From contig OY760175.1 of assembly GCA_963663165.1 (NCBI GenBank), positions 4,992,001 to 5,056,000 on the forward strand: DNA of 64,000 nucleotides, given 5' to 3'. Positions 28,739 to 38,097 of the stretch are shown here, in pieces. Made by a program: the position numbers and the translations under genes. The notes beneath the pieces are model-generated. The model saw nothing but the letters and a program-made list of their open reading frames with translations. It had not been told where the DNA came from and made no database searches. Positions within the stretch are counted from its first letter, which is position 1. Every line of letters starts with the position of its first letter. The stretch comes from an uncultured Desulfospira sp. (lineage in GTDB: Bacteria; Desulfobacterota; Desulfobacteria; Desulfobacterales; Desulfobacteraceae).

Positions 28739-28882
28739 TATAACCGTCACGGACGGCTTGGATTATCCAACCAAGCACCGTCCACAACAAATATTGAAAG
28801 TCTTCTCAGGACGTTAGTGAGACTTTCATATAAACCGTCACGGACGGCTTGAATTATCCAACCAAGAACCGTCCACAACAAA
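28739..28882 (+). repeat. Structured repeat family A, locus 3 (one full unit + core of second)
   Basis: TATAACCGTCACGGACGGCTTGGATTATCCAACCAAG...CACAAC units at 28739 and 28829. Confidence 0.9.
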
Positions 28883-29286
28883 AGCAGTTGTACATATATA
28901 GCCTGAAGCAATAATAATGCCGATTTTATGGAAAGTATCCGGCAGCCGGTAAAAATCCCATGGGATTGCTCTATATTCCCGGGGGGAGAAGTTGGATGGA
29001 ATTTTTTTAAGAAACTTGATTACCCAAGATGGTGCAGCTGCCTGACGGTCCGGCATCCGCAAAAAGGCCAGTTTGAAGAAAAACAATCATATGGGACTAA
29101 ATTATTAAAAAAATGTCCCAAAGGTCTCAAAGCCCTTGCAAATAATCCCCAACCCGGCAGTTTCTGCTCAATGGAACCCGGAAAAATAATCCGGGTCAGG
29201 TCTGCGGCCATGCAATGGTATCTGAAAATGGCCATCAAGTTGATGGCCGCTTTAGAGATGTCGGCCTAAAGTGGCGGCCTGGAATG

Positions 29287-31560
29287 TTAAATTTTATCCA
29301 GGATTTCCCTGGCCTGGTCAGCGCCATTGAAGTCGGGTTGAAGTTCCAGGGCCTTTTTCAGGTATTTTTCAGCGTTTGTATAGTCCCATTTTTCGTTGTA
29401 CGCCAGGCCCAGATGAAAATTGAAAATGGGATTGCCGGGCTCTTTTTCAACGCAGTTTTTAAATTCCTCAATGGCGGAATCATAGACTTTGCGTTTGTAG
29501 TAGACCCATCCCAAGGTGTCCATGATGGCCGGCACTTCCCCGCCAAGTTCCCTGGCTTTGCTGGCAAGCTCTAACGCCACATTCATCTCTCTCTCCTGTT
29601 CAGCGTATAAAAAGGCAAGGTTGTTCATGGCCGGGATATAGTCCGGATTCAGCTCCAGGGCTTTTTTATAATGGGTTTCAGCCAGGTCGAATTTTTGCTG
29701 CTGTTCATAAAGGGTGGCCAGGTGGCTGTGAGGGGCGCCCTGGTCCGGTCTGTTTTCAATCAGTTGCTGGTAAAGCTTAATCTCCTGCTCTGTTTTGTTT
29801 TCTGAGTGGAGAATTTTGGCCATGGACAAGTAGGGCGAAATAAACTGGGGGTTCTTTTCTATTGAAGCCTGAAACATTTCCTTTGCCTGTTGAAGCCGGT
29901 CTGACTGGACCAGCAGATTGCCTTTCAAGTCCAGGACAATAGAGGTTGCAATGGGGTTTTCTGCTACCGCCTTGATCTGGATATCACATTTTTCAAGGGC
30001 GGGTTCAAGCTCCTTTTGGATGACATGAAGCCGGACAATATTGGTAAAGACATCCATCAGATAGGGGTTTATGGCAAGGGCCTTGTCATAGGCGGCCAGA
30101 GCCGCCTGGGGGTCATTCTGGGCCGCCTTGATATTGCCGAGCCTGAAATATGCAGCTGGCGCATTGGGGTCATCCTGGATTAAATCCTGATAAATGGATT
30201 CGGCCTGGTCAAACTCCTTTTGGGCACTGAGAATATTGCCCTTGAGCAGCAGGGCTTTGTAGTCTTTGGGCTTTAAGGCCAAAGCTTTTTCAATTTGGGT
30301 TAGGGCCAGGAAATAATCTTTGTTTTTAAAATAGGTGTCTGCCATGGCCAGTCTTGCCGGAAAATGGCGGGGGTTTTCTTCAAGGGCCTTGGACAGGTAA
30401 GTCATTGCCTGGTCACTTTCCCCTTTTTCAAGGAGCAGGGACCCGATGAAAAAATTATAGACATCAGAGTCGGGTTCGTCTTTTAAGAGGGACTGAAAAA
30501 TCCTTAAGGCCTCATCGTTCTTCTTCTGGGCCACCAGTATTTTCCCTTTTACGGTTTTGGCCTGGGGGAAATCGGGCCGGTCAGCCAGAACTTCGTCCAC
30601 GATGGTTTCGGCCTTGTCCAGATTTTTCTGGAGAAAATAGAAATCCGCATAGGCGGTTTTCAGCCCGGCATGGTCCGGTTCGATTTTTAAGGCTTCTTTA
30701 ATATATTTTTCGGCCTTGTCCGGCTGTTCAAGGGTGTTGTAAAATCTTGCGATCAGCATGTACGGCAATGGATTGTCCGGAGCAAGCTCAATGGCTTTTA
30801 AAAACTCTTTTTCAGCGGCTTCGGTTTCTTTGAGGCCGGAGAAAAAAGTGGCCAGCATGATTCTGGAATTTAGGTCCTCAGGTTTTTGCAGGACAAGATT
30901 TTCCAGTACGTTCCGGGCTTCAACGATGTCTTTACGGGACAGATAATATTTAAACAGGGTTTTGTAGGTGTTGATGTCATCGGGATCGGTCTCAAGGGCC
31001 TTTTTTAAAATTTCTTCGGCTTTTTCGTTCTTTTCCTGAGCCAGATAAAGCTGGGACAGGACCAGCATGGCTTTGGTCTGTTTGGGATCTAATTTAAGGA
31101 TGTTATCATAAACCGCCTCAACCGTTTCAAGGTCTTCCTTGTTGCTGCTTAACAGCCCTGCCTGAAGGTACAGGGCCTTGATGTTGTCCGGTTCTTTTTC
31201 CAGGATTTGGTCCAGCCTTTTCTGGCACTCGATTCTGCTTTTGGCCAAAAGGTAAAACGACGCCACCTGCAGCTTGGTGTCAAGGTTGTCCGGCTCCAAT
31301 TGTTCAAGTCTTAGCAATGCGGAAAACGCCTCTTTGGGCTTTTGCTGTTTTAAATAGGTTTGGGACAGAAGGCGGACTGCTTCCACAGACTTCGGGGTCA
31401 GTTGAATGGCGTTTTTCAACTGGATCTCGGCCTTTGCGAAATCTTCCTGGTCAAAATAACTTTTTCCTTCCTGAATAAATTTATCCGCTTTCTGTTGGTC
31501 TGAAGAACACCCGGCAACGACAAAAAGGACAACGGCAATCAAAAGGCAAAAACGTTTCAT
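29287..31560 (-). CDS. TPR-repeat lipoprotein (PrsT-like)
   Basis: VVAGC lipobox followed by many TPR repeats; C-terminal AMNNLAFL..DTLGWVYY. Confidence 0.85.
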   Translation of the reverse strand: MKRFCLLIAVVLFVVAGCSSDQQKADKFIQEGKSYFDQEDFAKAEIQLKNAIQLTPKSVEAVRLLSQTYLKQQKPKEAFSALLRLEQLEPDNLDTKLQVASFYLLAKSRIECQKRLDQILEKEPDNIKALYLQAGLLSSNKEDLETVEAVYDNILKLDPKQTKAMLVLSQLYLAQEKNEKAEEILKKALETDPDDINTYKTLFKYYLSRKDIVEARNVLENLVLQKPEDLNSRIMLATFFSGLKETEAAEKEFLKAIELAPDNPLPYMLIARFYNTLEQPDKAEKYIKEALKIEPDHAGLKTAYADFYFLQKNLDKAETIVDEVLADRPDFPQAKTVKGKILVAQKKNDEALRIFQSLLKDEPDSDVYNFFIGSLLLEKGESDQAMTYLSKALEENPRHFPARLAMADTYFKNKDYFLALTQIEKALALKPKDYKALLLKGNILSAQKEFDQAESIYQDLIQDDPNAPAAYFRLGNIKAAQNDPQAALAAYDKALAINPYLMDVFTNIVRLHVIQKELEPALEKCDIQIKAVAENPIATSIVLDLKGNLLVQSDRLQQAKEMFQASIEKNPQFISPYLSMAKILHSENKTEQEIKLYQQLIENRPDQGAPHSHLATLYEQQQKFDLAETHYKKALELNPDYIPAMNNLAFLYAEQEREMNVALELASKARELGGEVPAIMDTLGWVYYKRKVYDSAIEEFKNCVEKEPGNPIFNFHLGLAYNEKWDYTNAEKYLKKALELQPDFNGADQAREILDKI

Positions 31561-31886
31561 TGGAAAATTCCCCGTATTCTGGATATCTTTGGCTCTCATC
31601 CATCCAGGATTAAAAAAAGAACCGGTTATTTGGGTCCCGTCCCATTGGTTAAATTGCTAAAAAAATTTAAAGTTAGTATATGGCCTATTCCAGGGTTTGA
31701 ATCAAGGTTTTTCCACCACCAATCCGGGTATCGGCCTTCATCTGGCCGGTGCCGGGCATTAAAAGCGGTTGTTTTTTTTTACAGCAGGCCTTTGATACCC
31801 CTATGGGTTTTTTATTATGGGGTCTTGTTTTGATTAATCTCGTCAGATGGGATATGAAGATAATAAGTAAAATAAAGTATAGTCCA

Positions 31887-31926
31887 GCTAACCGCTAAAG
31901 GCTAATAGCTAACGGATAACCGTTAA
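31887..31926. repeat. Heptamer tandem array (GCTAACC-type)
   Basis: gctaaccgctaaaggctaatagctaacggataaccgttaa. Confidence 0.6.
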
Positions 31927-31946
31927 AAAATAACAAAGGAGTTCTA

Positions 31947-32759
31947 ATGACGGATCATCAATGTTCAGGGTGTTCGGGAGCGGTTCCGGACCGGCCCCTT
32001 GAAGGAGAAGAAGAAAAGCTGGTGGATCAGCTGATGTCAACCATGCTCCGGCCTGACGCCATTGTGGAGGAGGTTGTTCCCGGTCCTAAATTCATTGCGG
32101 TCAAAGCAGATGGGCGAGTGGGGCTGTCCTCCCTTCTTGGGGCTGCGCCAAAACCCGGAGAAGTGGAAACGGCCATGAATTGTGTGGGGAAATCAGTAAG
32201 GGACGGGGCGGCTTACTTGAAAGAATCCTCGCCGTTTTTAATTTCCCTGGGCGCGGGATGCCTCAATGCCGCTTATTGTCCTGATCCTGACCGGGTGAAC
32301 CCGTTAAATTATCCGGCCGACAGCCTGATAGAGACCTTGGGCAAAGACCGGAAAGTCGGGCTGGTTGGCGAATTTCCCTTTGTCAAAGATCTGGGAGAAA
32401 AAGTGGGGGAGCTTTTTTTGTTTGAACTCAAGCCGGTTGAGGGCAGCCTGCCCGAGGACCAGTGGGAAGAGGTATTATCCGGCCTGGATGTTCTGGCCCT
32501 AACCGGAACCACCCTGCTGACCCGGAAGATGGCCTGGTTTTTGTCCCGGGCCGCACAGGCAAAGATCATTATTATCGGGCCCAGTACCCCGTTTGCGCCG
32601 GTTTTGTTCAAACGGGGGGCGGACTATCTGTCAGGATCGGTAGTTACGGATTTTGAAAAGGTCAGGACCGGCATAGAAGCGGGCCTGCCCTTTAAAAAAG
32701 TAAAGAAAAACGGCGGCGTGGTATTCACTCAGTGGGACAATCCCTTGGGTAGCGTTTAA
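31947..32759 (+). CDS. DUF364 / Rossmann-like putative metal-binding protein
   Basis: S.GA..LNA, KVGLVGEFPF, FEL, LTGTTLL, GPSTP, GADYLSG. Confidence 0.75.
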   Translation: MTDHQCSGCSGAVPDRPLEGEEEKLVDQLMSTMLRPDAIVEEVVPGPKFIAVKADGRVGLSSLLGAAPKPGEVETAMNCVGKSVRDGAAYLKESSPFLISLGAGCLNAAYCPDPDRVNPLNYPADSLIETLGKDRKVGLVGEFPFVKDLGEKVGELFLFELKPVEGSLPEDQWEEVLSGLDVLALTGTTLLTRKMAWFLSRAAQAKIIIIGPSTPFAPVLFKRGADYLSGSVVTDFEKVRTGIEAGLPFKKVKKNGGVVFTQWDNPLGSV

Positions 32760-32797
32760 CCAGTGAGAGCGAATTTAAAAACAAAGGATTCATTTTC

Positions 32798-33565
32798 ATG
32801 TTAAAAAAAGAGATTCAGGACCAGGTGCTTATTGCCACCTTAACCGATCAGAAAACCAATGCCATTGACCTTGATACCCTAAGGCAGCTGGCTGAGGCAG
32901 TCAAAGAAGTTAATGCTGATCCGGCCGTCAAGGGCCTTGTCCTTACCGGAGAAGGACGGTTTTTTTCAAGCGGTTTCAGCCTGCCCATGTTCATTGATTT
33001 TAAAACCGCAGAAGATGTTGTGGATTTTTTTACAGAGGAAGAGGATACCCTTGTGGGCTTTTTCACTTGTTCAAAGCCGGTGGTTGCGGCCATGAACGGC
33101 CATTCCGCCGCCATGGGAATGATTCTGGCCATGGCCTCAGACTACAGAATTGCGGCCGACCACCCCAAAATCAAGCTGGGAATGAGTGAAATTAAGATTG
33201 GCCTGGCCCTGTCCGTTGCCCAGGCCGCCATCATGCGGTTTGGCCTGGATACCAACAAACGGTTCAGGGATGTCATGTATTTTGGTGAAATGGTTGACCC
33301 AAAATCTGCAAAGAAACTTGGAATGGTGGATGAGGTGGTTGAGCAGGCCTGTCTGATTTCAAGGGCCAAGGAAATTGTTTCCCTTTGGATTGATACCCCG
33401 AACCGGCCCTTTGTCCAGCTTAAGGCGTCACTTAAAAAGGACACGGTTGAGGCCATTAGAGCGGAGCTTGCCAGGGGTAAGTGGAAAGATGCGATGTCTG
33501 CTGCTTTGCTCAATCCGACTGTCAAGGCTACCTTGGAATTTGTTCAGGCATCCATGGAAAAATAA
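32798..33565 (+). CDS. Enoyl-CoA hydratase/isomerase family protein
   Basis: NAI, FFSSGFSL, KPVVAAMNGH, SDYR, E..IGL, GMVDEV. Confidence 0.85.
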   Translation: MLKKEIQDQVLIATLTDQKTNAIDLDTLRQLAEAVKEVNADPAVKGLVLTGEGRFFSSGFSLPMFIDFKTAEDVVDFFTEEEDTLVGFFTCSKPVVAAMNGHSAAMGMILAMASDYRIAADHPKIKLGMSEIKIGLALSVAQAAIMRFGLDTNKRFRDVMYFGEMVDPKSAKKLGMVDEVVEQACLISRAKEIVSLWIDTPNRPFVQLKASLKKDTVEAIRAELARGKWKDAMSAALLNPTVKATLEFVQASMEK

Positions 33566-33595
33566 TGTCTGGGTGGAAATCCGTGGTTGGGCGGC

Positions 33596-34249
33596 TTAAA
33601 CCCCGATGCCTAAGAACCTGGACCGTATCCTCTCCAGGTGGCGCACCAGATGGTCTTTTCTGGCCCGGCCAACCTGATCGGGCTGGTTCTCTTTTAACAG
33701 CCGGGAAAGATCGGTTAAATCATTTTGAACGGCGCCAACCTCTAAATTCCATGCCGTATTGTCCATTTTGAGCATGGTGAAATACCAGAGGCGAAAGGTT
33801 AACAGGTAGAGCCGTTCCGACATCTCTATTAAAAAGGGGTTGCCGGCGGCTTCGTGAAATATCTGCTTGATTTCCATGTCCAGATCTGCAAGGGCTCTGG
33901 GGTCTTTATGATCAACCAGGGCGTCGCACCGGGCCTGAAATTCATCCATCCGGTTCATCAGCGGCCGGGTAAACCGTTCAGCGGCCATGGTGCCGATGAC
34001 CCCCTCTAATTCCAGTCTGGCCTGGAACACATTGGTGATGGTGTTGATTTCCAGTTCGGAAACCTGGATGCCGGTCCGGGGAAGAATCCTAACCAGGTGT
34101 TCCCATTCAAGACGAAATAAAACCGTCCTTAAAGGCGTCCGGCTGACACCGAATTCTTTGGCCAGGACCTGCTCTTTTAAGATGGTTCCCGGGGGGGCTT
34201 CAAGGTAGATGATGCGGTCCCTGAGCCGATTATAAATATCCTGATTCAT
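33596..34249 (-). CDS. GntR family (FCD) transcriptional regulator
   Basis: wHTH LAKEFGVSRTPLR; AAGNPFL FCD motif. Confidence 0.9.
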   Translation of the reverse strand: MNQDIYNRLRDRIIYLEAPPGTILKEQVLAKEFGVSRTPLRTVLFRLEWEHLVRILPRTGIQVSELEINTITNVFQARLELEGVIGTMAAERFTRPLMNRMDEFQARCDALVDHKDPRALADLDMEIKQIFHEAAGNPFLIEMSERLYLLTFRLWYFTMLKMDNTAWNLEVGAVQNDLTDLSRLLKENQPDQVGRARKDHLVRHLERIRSRFLGIGV

Positions 34250-34367
34250 GGTATACCTTAATAATTCTTATGATTTTTTTTAAAAATATTTTAACCATCA
34301 TATTCTAAAATCATTTGATATTTCAAGATAATTTCATATTGACTTTAAAAATTTTTATAGTATACCA
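34249..34367. promoter_or_regulatory. Two candidate GntR/FadR-type operators in divergent promoter
   Basis: TGGTATACCT (34249) and TAGTATACCA (34358), each one mismatch from palindrome TGGTATACCA. Confidence 0.55.
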
Positions 34368-34413
34368 TAAAAATATTAAAATAATTATAATAAATAAAAC
34401 GAAAGGTTAAACA

Positions 34414-35691
34414 ATGAATGACAATATAACTCACGGACTCTGGGATGTGACGGCCAAAGACAAACCGTCTCTTGAACCATTCAAGGGCGTTCAAACAACG
34501 GATGTGGCCATTGTCGGCGGTGGATTTACCGGACTTTCCGCAGCCCTTCATCTGGCCCGGGCCCAAAAAGAATGCGTTATGCTTGAAGCAAAGCATGTGG
34601 GCTTTGGCGGTTCGGGAAGAAATGTGGGGCTGGTCAATGCCGGCCTCTGGCTCATGCCTGAGGATGTGGTCAAGCTGGTGGGGCCCCGGTATGGCGAACA
34701 GCTGATCCGGATTCTCGGGGCTTCGCCGGAGCTGGTCTACGGGATTATTGAAGAATATGGAATTGACTGTGAGGCCTGGCATTACGGGACCCTTCACTGT
34801 GCCGACTCCAGCGCCGGGCTGAAAAACCTTGAGCAAAGACAAGCCCAGTGGCAGGCCCAGGGGGCCCCGGTAAAACTGCTCAGCAAAGCAGAGGCCGCAG
34901 AAAAACTCGGCACTGACGTGTATCTTGGTGCCCTGCTGGATGAACGGGCCGGCACGGTTCAGCCTTTGTCTTACACCTATGGGCTGGCCAATGCCGCCTT
35001 AAAAGAGGGGGCTGCCCTGTATGAGCAATCCCCTGTTCAGGGACTGGAAAGGCAGGGAAACCTGTGGACGCTGACCACGCCGCAAGGGACCTTGACCGCA
35101 GAATCCGTTATTCTGGCGCTCAATGGGTATCCGGAGGCCGCCTTTGGAGAGCAGATGGGCAATATTGTTCCGTTTAATTATTTTCAATTTGCCACCCGTC
35201 CCCTGCCGCCAAAAATTCTTGAAACGGTCATCCCCGGGAAAAACGGGGCCTGGGACACCAATCTGATTCTCTCATCTTACCGGCTTGACGCTCAGGGAAG
35301 GCTTATTATCGGCAGTGTGGGAAGCCTTGACGGAATGGCAAAAGGGATCAATGAGGCCTGGGCAAAACGATCGGTTAAAAAAGCGTTTCCCCAGATTGAT
35401 GATGTCGAATTTGAATATGGCTGGTACGGCCGGATCGCCATGACCACCAACCATATCCCCCGATTTCATATCCTGGGCGACAACATGGCCATGGTCACCT
35501 GTTATAATGGCCGCGGCATAGGTCCCGGCACCGTTTTCGGTAAACTTCTGGCAGAATATATGTCCGGCGGGTCTGTTGATGATATTCCCCTGCCCGTATC
35601 TCAGGTTAAGCCGGTTGCGGGCCGGATGGCCAGGGGATTGTTTTATGAGACCGGATCACGGCTGTATCACTTTGTCCAAAGAAGACTTTAA
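34414..35691 (+). CDS. FAD-dependent amino-acid oxidoreductase (DadA/PuuB family, resembling L-pipecolate oxidase AmaA)
   Basis: GGGFTGLSAA, GGSGRNVGLVNAGLW, GTLH, AGTVQP..Y..GLA, YNGRGI. Confidence 0.8.
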   Translation: MNDNITHGLWDVTAKDKPSLEPFKGVQTTDVAIVGGGFTGLSAALHLARAQKECVMLEAKHVGFGGSGRNVGLVNAGLWLMPEDVVKLVGPRYGEQLIRILGASPELVYGIIEEYGIDCEAWHYGTLHCADSSAGLKNLEQRQAQWQAQGAPVKLLSKAEAAEKLGTDVYLGALLDERAGTVQPLSYTYGLANAALKEGAALYEQSPVQGLERQGNLWTLTTPQGTLTAESVILALNGYPEAAFGEQMGNIVPFNYFQFATRPLPPKILETVIPGKNGAWDTNLILSSYRLDAQGRLIIGSVGSLDGMAKGINEAWAKRSVKKAFPQIDDVEFEYGWYGRIAMTTNHIPRFHILGDNMAMVTCYNGRGIGPGTVFGKLLAEYMSGGSVDDIPLPVSQVKPVAGRMARGLFYETGSRLYHFVQRRL

Positions 35692-35692
35692 C

Positions 35693-35761
35693 AAAGACTG
35701 AAGACTCAAGGCAGATAGGCTGAAGGCTGTGCAACCCTTCAGCCTAACGGCCTTCAGTCTA
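35693..35761. repeat. Inverted heptamer array (AAGACTG/AGGCTGA)/(TCAGCCT), probable terminator
   Basis: aagactgaagactcaagg..aggctgaagg..ccttcagcct..ccttcagtct between convergent genes. Confidence 0.6.
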
Positions 35762-35766
35762 AACCC

Positions 35767-37044
35767 CTAAACCAGTACCTTTTCCAGCCCGGACACCAGA
35801 AAATCAATCTCTTCTTCAGTGATCACCAGGGGAGGGGAGATCCGGATGGTATGGCCGTGGCTGTCATTGGTCACGATACCGTGGTCCAGCAGTTTCCGGC
35901 AAAAATCCATGGCATTTCCCTCTTTGACCTCAATGCCGATAAACAGCCCTTTTCCCCTGACCTCTTTGACATGGGAAGATCTGGCCGCAACGGCCTCAAT
36001 TTTATCTTTAAGGATTTTTCCCTTTCTTTCGGACTGCCCTGCTAAGTCCTCTTCCTGAAACACTTTCAGGGAGGCGGTCCCGGCCACGCAGGCCAGGGGA
36101 TACCCCCCAAAGGTGGACCCGTCAGACCCCTTGGTGAAAATCATGTCCATGAGTCCGGCATTGGTGATGAACACGGAAAGGGGAACCAGTCCCCCGGACA
36201 GGGCCTTGCCCAGGATCACGCCGTCCGGGACAATTTTTTCATGCTCAAAACAAAATTTTTTCCCGGTCCGCCCCATGCCCACCTGGATTTCGTCACAGAC
36301 CAGGAGCAGGTCATGGTCATCAGAAATTTCCCTTAACCCTTTAAGGAAGCCATCCGGCGGAATGATCATCCCGCCTTCTCCCTGGAACGGCTCAACCAGG
36401 ATTCCGCATGTGTTGGCCGTGACGGCTTTTTTAACGGCATTCAGATTGCCGAACTCAACACTGACAAATCCCGGGGTCAGGGGGCCGAACCCTTCCTTAT
36501 ATTTTGGGGTCGAAGAAAAGGAAATCACGGAAATGGTCCGGCCATGAAAATTGTTGTTAAACACAATGATTTCCTGTTTTCCGTCAGGGATCCCTTTTTG
36601 CTTGAATCCATAATACCGCATGGTTTTAATGGCCGTCTCCACCGATTCCACCCCGCCGTTTTTGGGCAGCACCTTGTTGCCGTGATTGCCGAACCTTGGG
36701 CCCATTTGGGGAGCGAATTTGGCCGCCTCTGAAAGGAAAATCCCTAGGGGATCGGTATAGACCACATTGGAAAGAACCGAGGCATAATTGCCGATCAGGG
36801 CATCCATGACCGCATTGGTAATGGCCGGGTGATGGTGGCCGGGGTTGGCGGCGGAATAGGCGGCCAGGCAGTCCAGATACCGCTTGCCCTTATTATCGGT
36901 AAGCCAGCACCCCTTAGCCTGCCTTACCACCAGGTTGATCCGGTCGTAATGATGGGCCCCGAAATCCTGTTCAAGGCCGAATATGGTGGTATCCTTTTCA
37001 TTGGAAAAACCATTAAAGGAATGAATTTTGCGCATGCTTGTCAT
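35767..37044 (-). CDS. rocD: Class III aminotransferase, ornithine aminotransferase-like
   Basis: YLDCLAAYSA.NPGHHHP, NFHGRTISVISFS, EPFQGEGG, DEIQ.G.GRTG, GKALSGG, STFGG.PL. Confidence 0.8.
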   Translation of the reverse strand: MTSMRKIHSFNGFSNEKDTTIFGLEQDFGAHHYDRINLVVRQAKGCWLTDNKGKRYLDCLAAYSAANPGHHHPAITNAVMDALIGNYASVLSNVVYTDPLGIFLSEAAKFAPQMGPRFGNHGNKVLPKNGGVESVETAIKTMRYYGFKQKGIPDGKQEIIVFNNNFHGRTISVISFSSTPKYKEGFGPLTPGFVSVEFGNLNAVKKAVTANTCGILVEPFQGEGGMIIPPDGFLKGLREISDDHDLLLVCDEIQVGMGRTGKKFCFEHEKIVPDGVILGKALSGGLVPLSVFITNAGLMDMIFTKGSDGSTFGGYPLACVAGTASLKVFQEEDLAGQSERKGKILKDKIEAVAARSSHVKEVRGKGLFIGIEVKEGNAMDFCRKLLDHGIVTNDSHGHTIRISPPLVITEEEIDFLVSGLEKVLV

Positions 37045-37055
37045 GATGCACCTCC

Positions 37056-37126
37056 TTAGTTTAGCTATTGGCTTTTAGCCTTTAGCTATTAGCCGTTAAA
37101 AGCTAACGGCTAACGGCTAACCGCTT
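37056..37126. repeat. Inverted heptamer array (TTAGCNN)n-(NNGCTAA)n
   Basis: ttagctattggcttttagcctttagctattagccgtta..agctaacggctaacggctaaccgctta. Confidence 0.7.
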
Positions 37127-37130
37127 ATTT

Positions 37131-37919
37131 TCAATGCTCGCTTTGAATCAAATGGTAAATCTGTTTTTCTTCCATGGTCAGTTCCCGGCCCTGGTCCAGG
37201 ATCTTGTCCAGGAAGCAATGGTAAAAGTCATGTTTAAGGCTGTCCCGGCCGGCAATAACGAACCACGGGTTCCGGGTCCAGTTGACCGGGGAGCCGTTTT
37301 CGTTTCCCTGTTCAAATATCCCGGTCAGGGCCTGGGCTTTATCACCAACAATGTCAAAAGACCGGCCCCCGATAGTGCTGATCAGGGTTTCATGGCCCGG
37401 ATGGGTAACCTGAATTTCAAACTTTCGATCCACTTTTCCCATGGCAATGTACCGGATGGCTGCCCCTCTTTTTTGTGCTTTTTCCAGGTATGGCCCTAAC
37501 TGCCTGTCTTCGTCGGGAAAGAGCCTGACATAGAGTTCCTCTTGTGATGATTCGATCATTTCAATCGCCTTTTCCATCACGTTGTCATAACCGGTCAGGG
37601 TCCAGACAAACTCCAGGTTTTCCTTTTGAGAGGCTTTCCGGATCTGGGCTTCAAAGGCTGAAATGGTAGTTTCAAACCCTCTTTTTAAGCGGCGGATCAG
37701 TTCATCTGAGGGCAGGGGGGCGTAAAGGCCGGTATTGACTTCAACCACGTATCCTTTGGCGGTCAGATTCCTTAACACATCATAAATCCTGGACCGGGCA
37801 ATCCCCGAGAGTTTGCTTAGCTGAGAGCCGTTAACGGGATGATCTTTTATCAGGGCCATATAACAGGCAGCTTCATATTGTGAAAACCCCAGGTCTTTTA
37901 AATTTGAGTTGTTTTCCAT
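37131..37919 (-). CDS. TrmB family transcriptional regulator
   Basis: LGFSQYEAACY.AL, SGIARSRIYDVL..L..KG wHTH followed by effector domain. Confidence 0.88.
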   Translation of the reverse strand: MENNSNLKDLGFSQYEAACYMALIKDHPVNGSQLSKLSGIARSRIYDVLRNLTAKGYVVEVNTGLYAPLPSDELIRRLKRGFETTISAFEAQIRKASQKENLEFVWTLTGYDNVMEKAIEMIESSQEELYVRLFPDEDRQLGPYLEKAQKRGAAIRYIAMGKVDRKFEIQVTHPGHETLISTIGGRSFDIVGDKAQALTGIFEQGNENGSPVNWTRNPWFVIAGRDSLKHDFYHCFLDKILDQGRELTMEEKQIYHLIQSEH

Positions 37920-37930
37920 GTTTGTTTTTT

Positions 37931-37976
37931 CGGTTAATTTATTGTTGCTACCTTAATAGCAACAATAAATTAACCG
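37931..37976. promoter_or_regulatory. Perfect 20-bp inverted repeat just upstream of the TrmB gene
   Basis: cggttaatttattgttgcta-ccttaa-tagcaacaataaattaaccg. Confidence 0.7.
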
Positions 37977-38097
37977 GGGAATATTGTCAAGTTTAAACCC
38001 ATTGGATTCCAAAACAAAGAATTGACAATTCAGGTTGCCTGTGGGCATATAAACACTTTAATTAAAACCCGTCCAGGACAGCACAAAGGAGTTAAAA

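Noticed and set aside
28739..28882. Repeat family A as integron attC sites
   Set aside because: TATAAC and CACAAC are in direct orientation, not the RYYYAAC...GTTRRRY inverted pair; no cassette array or integrase
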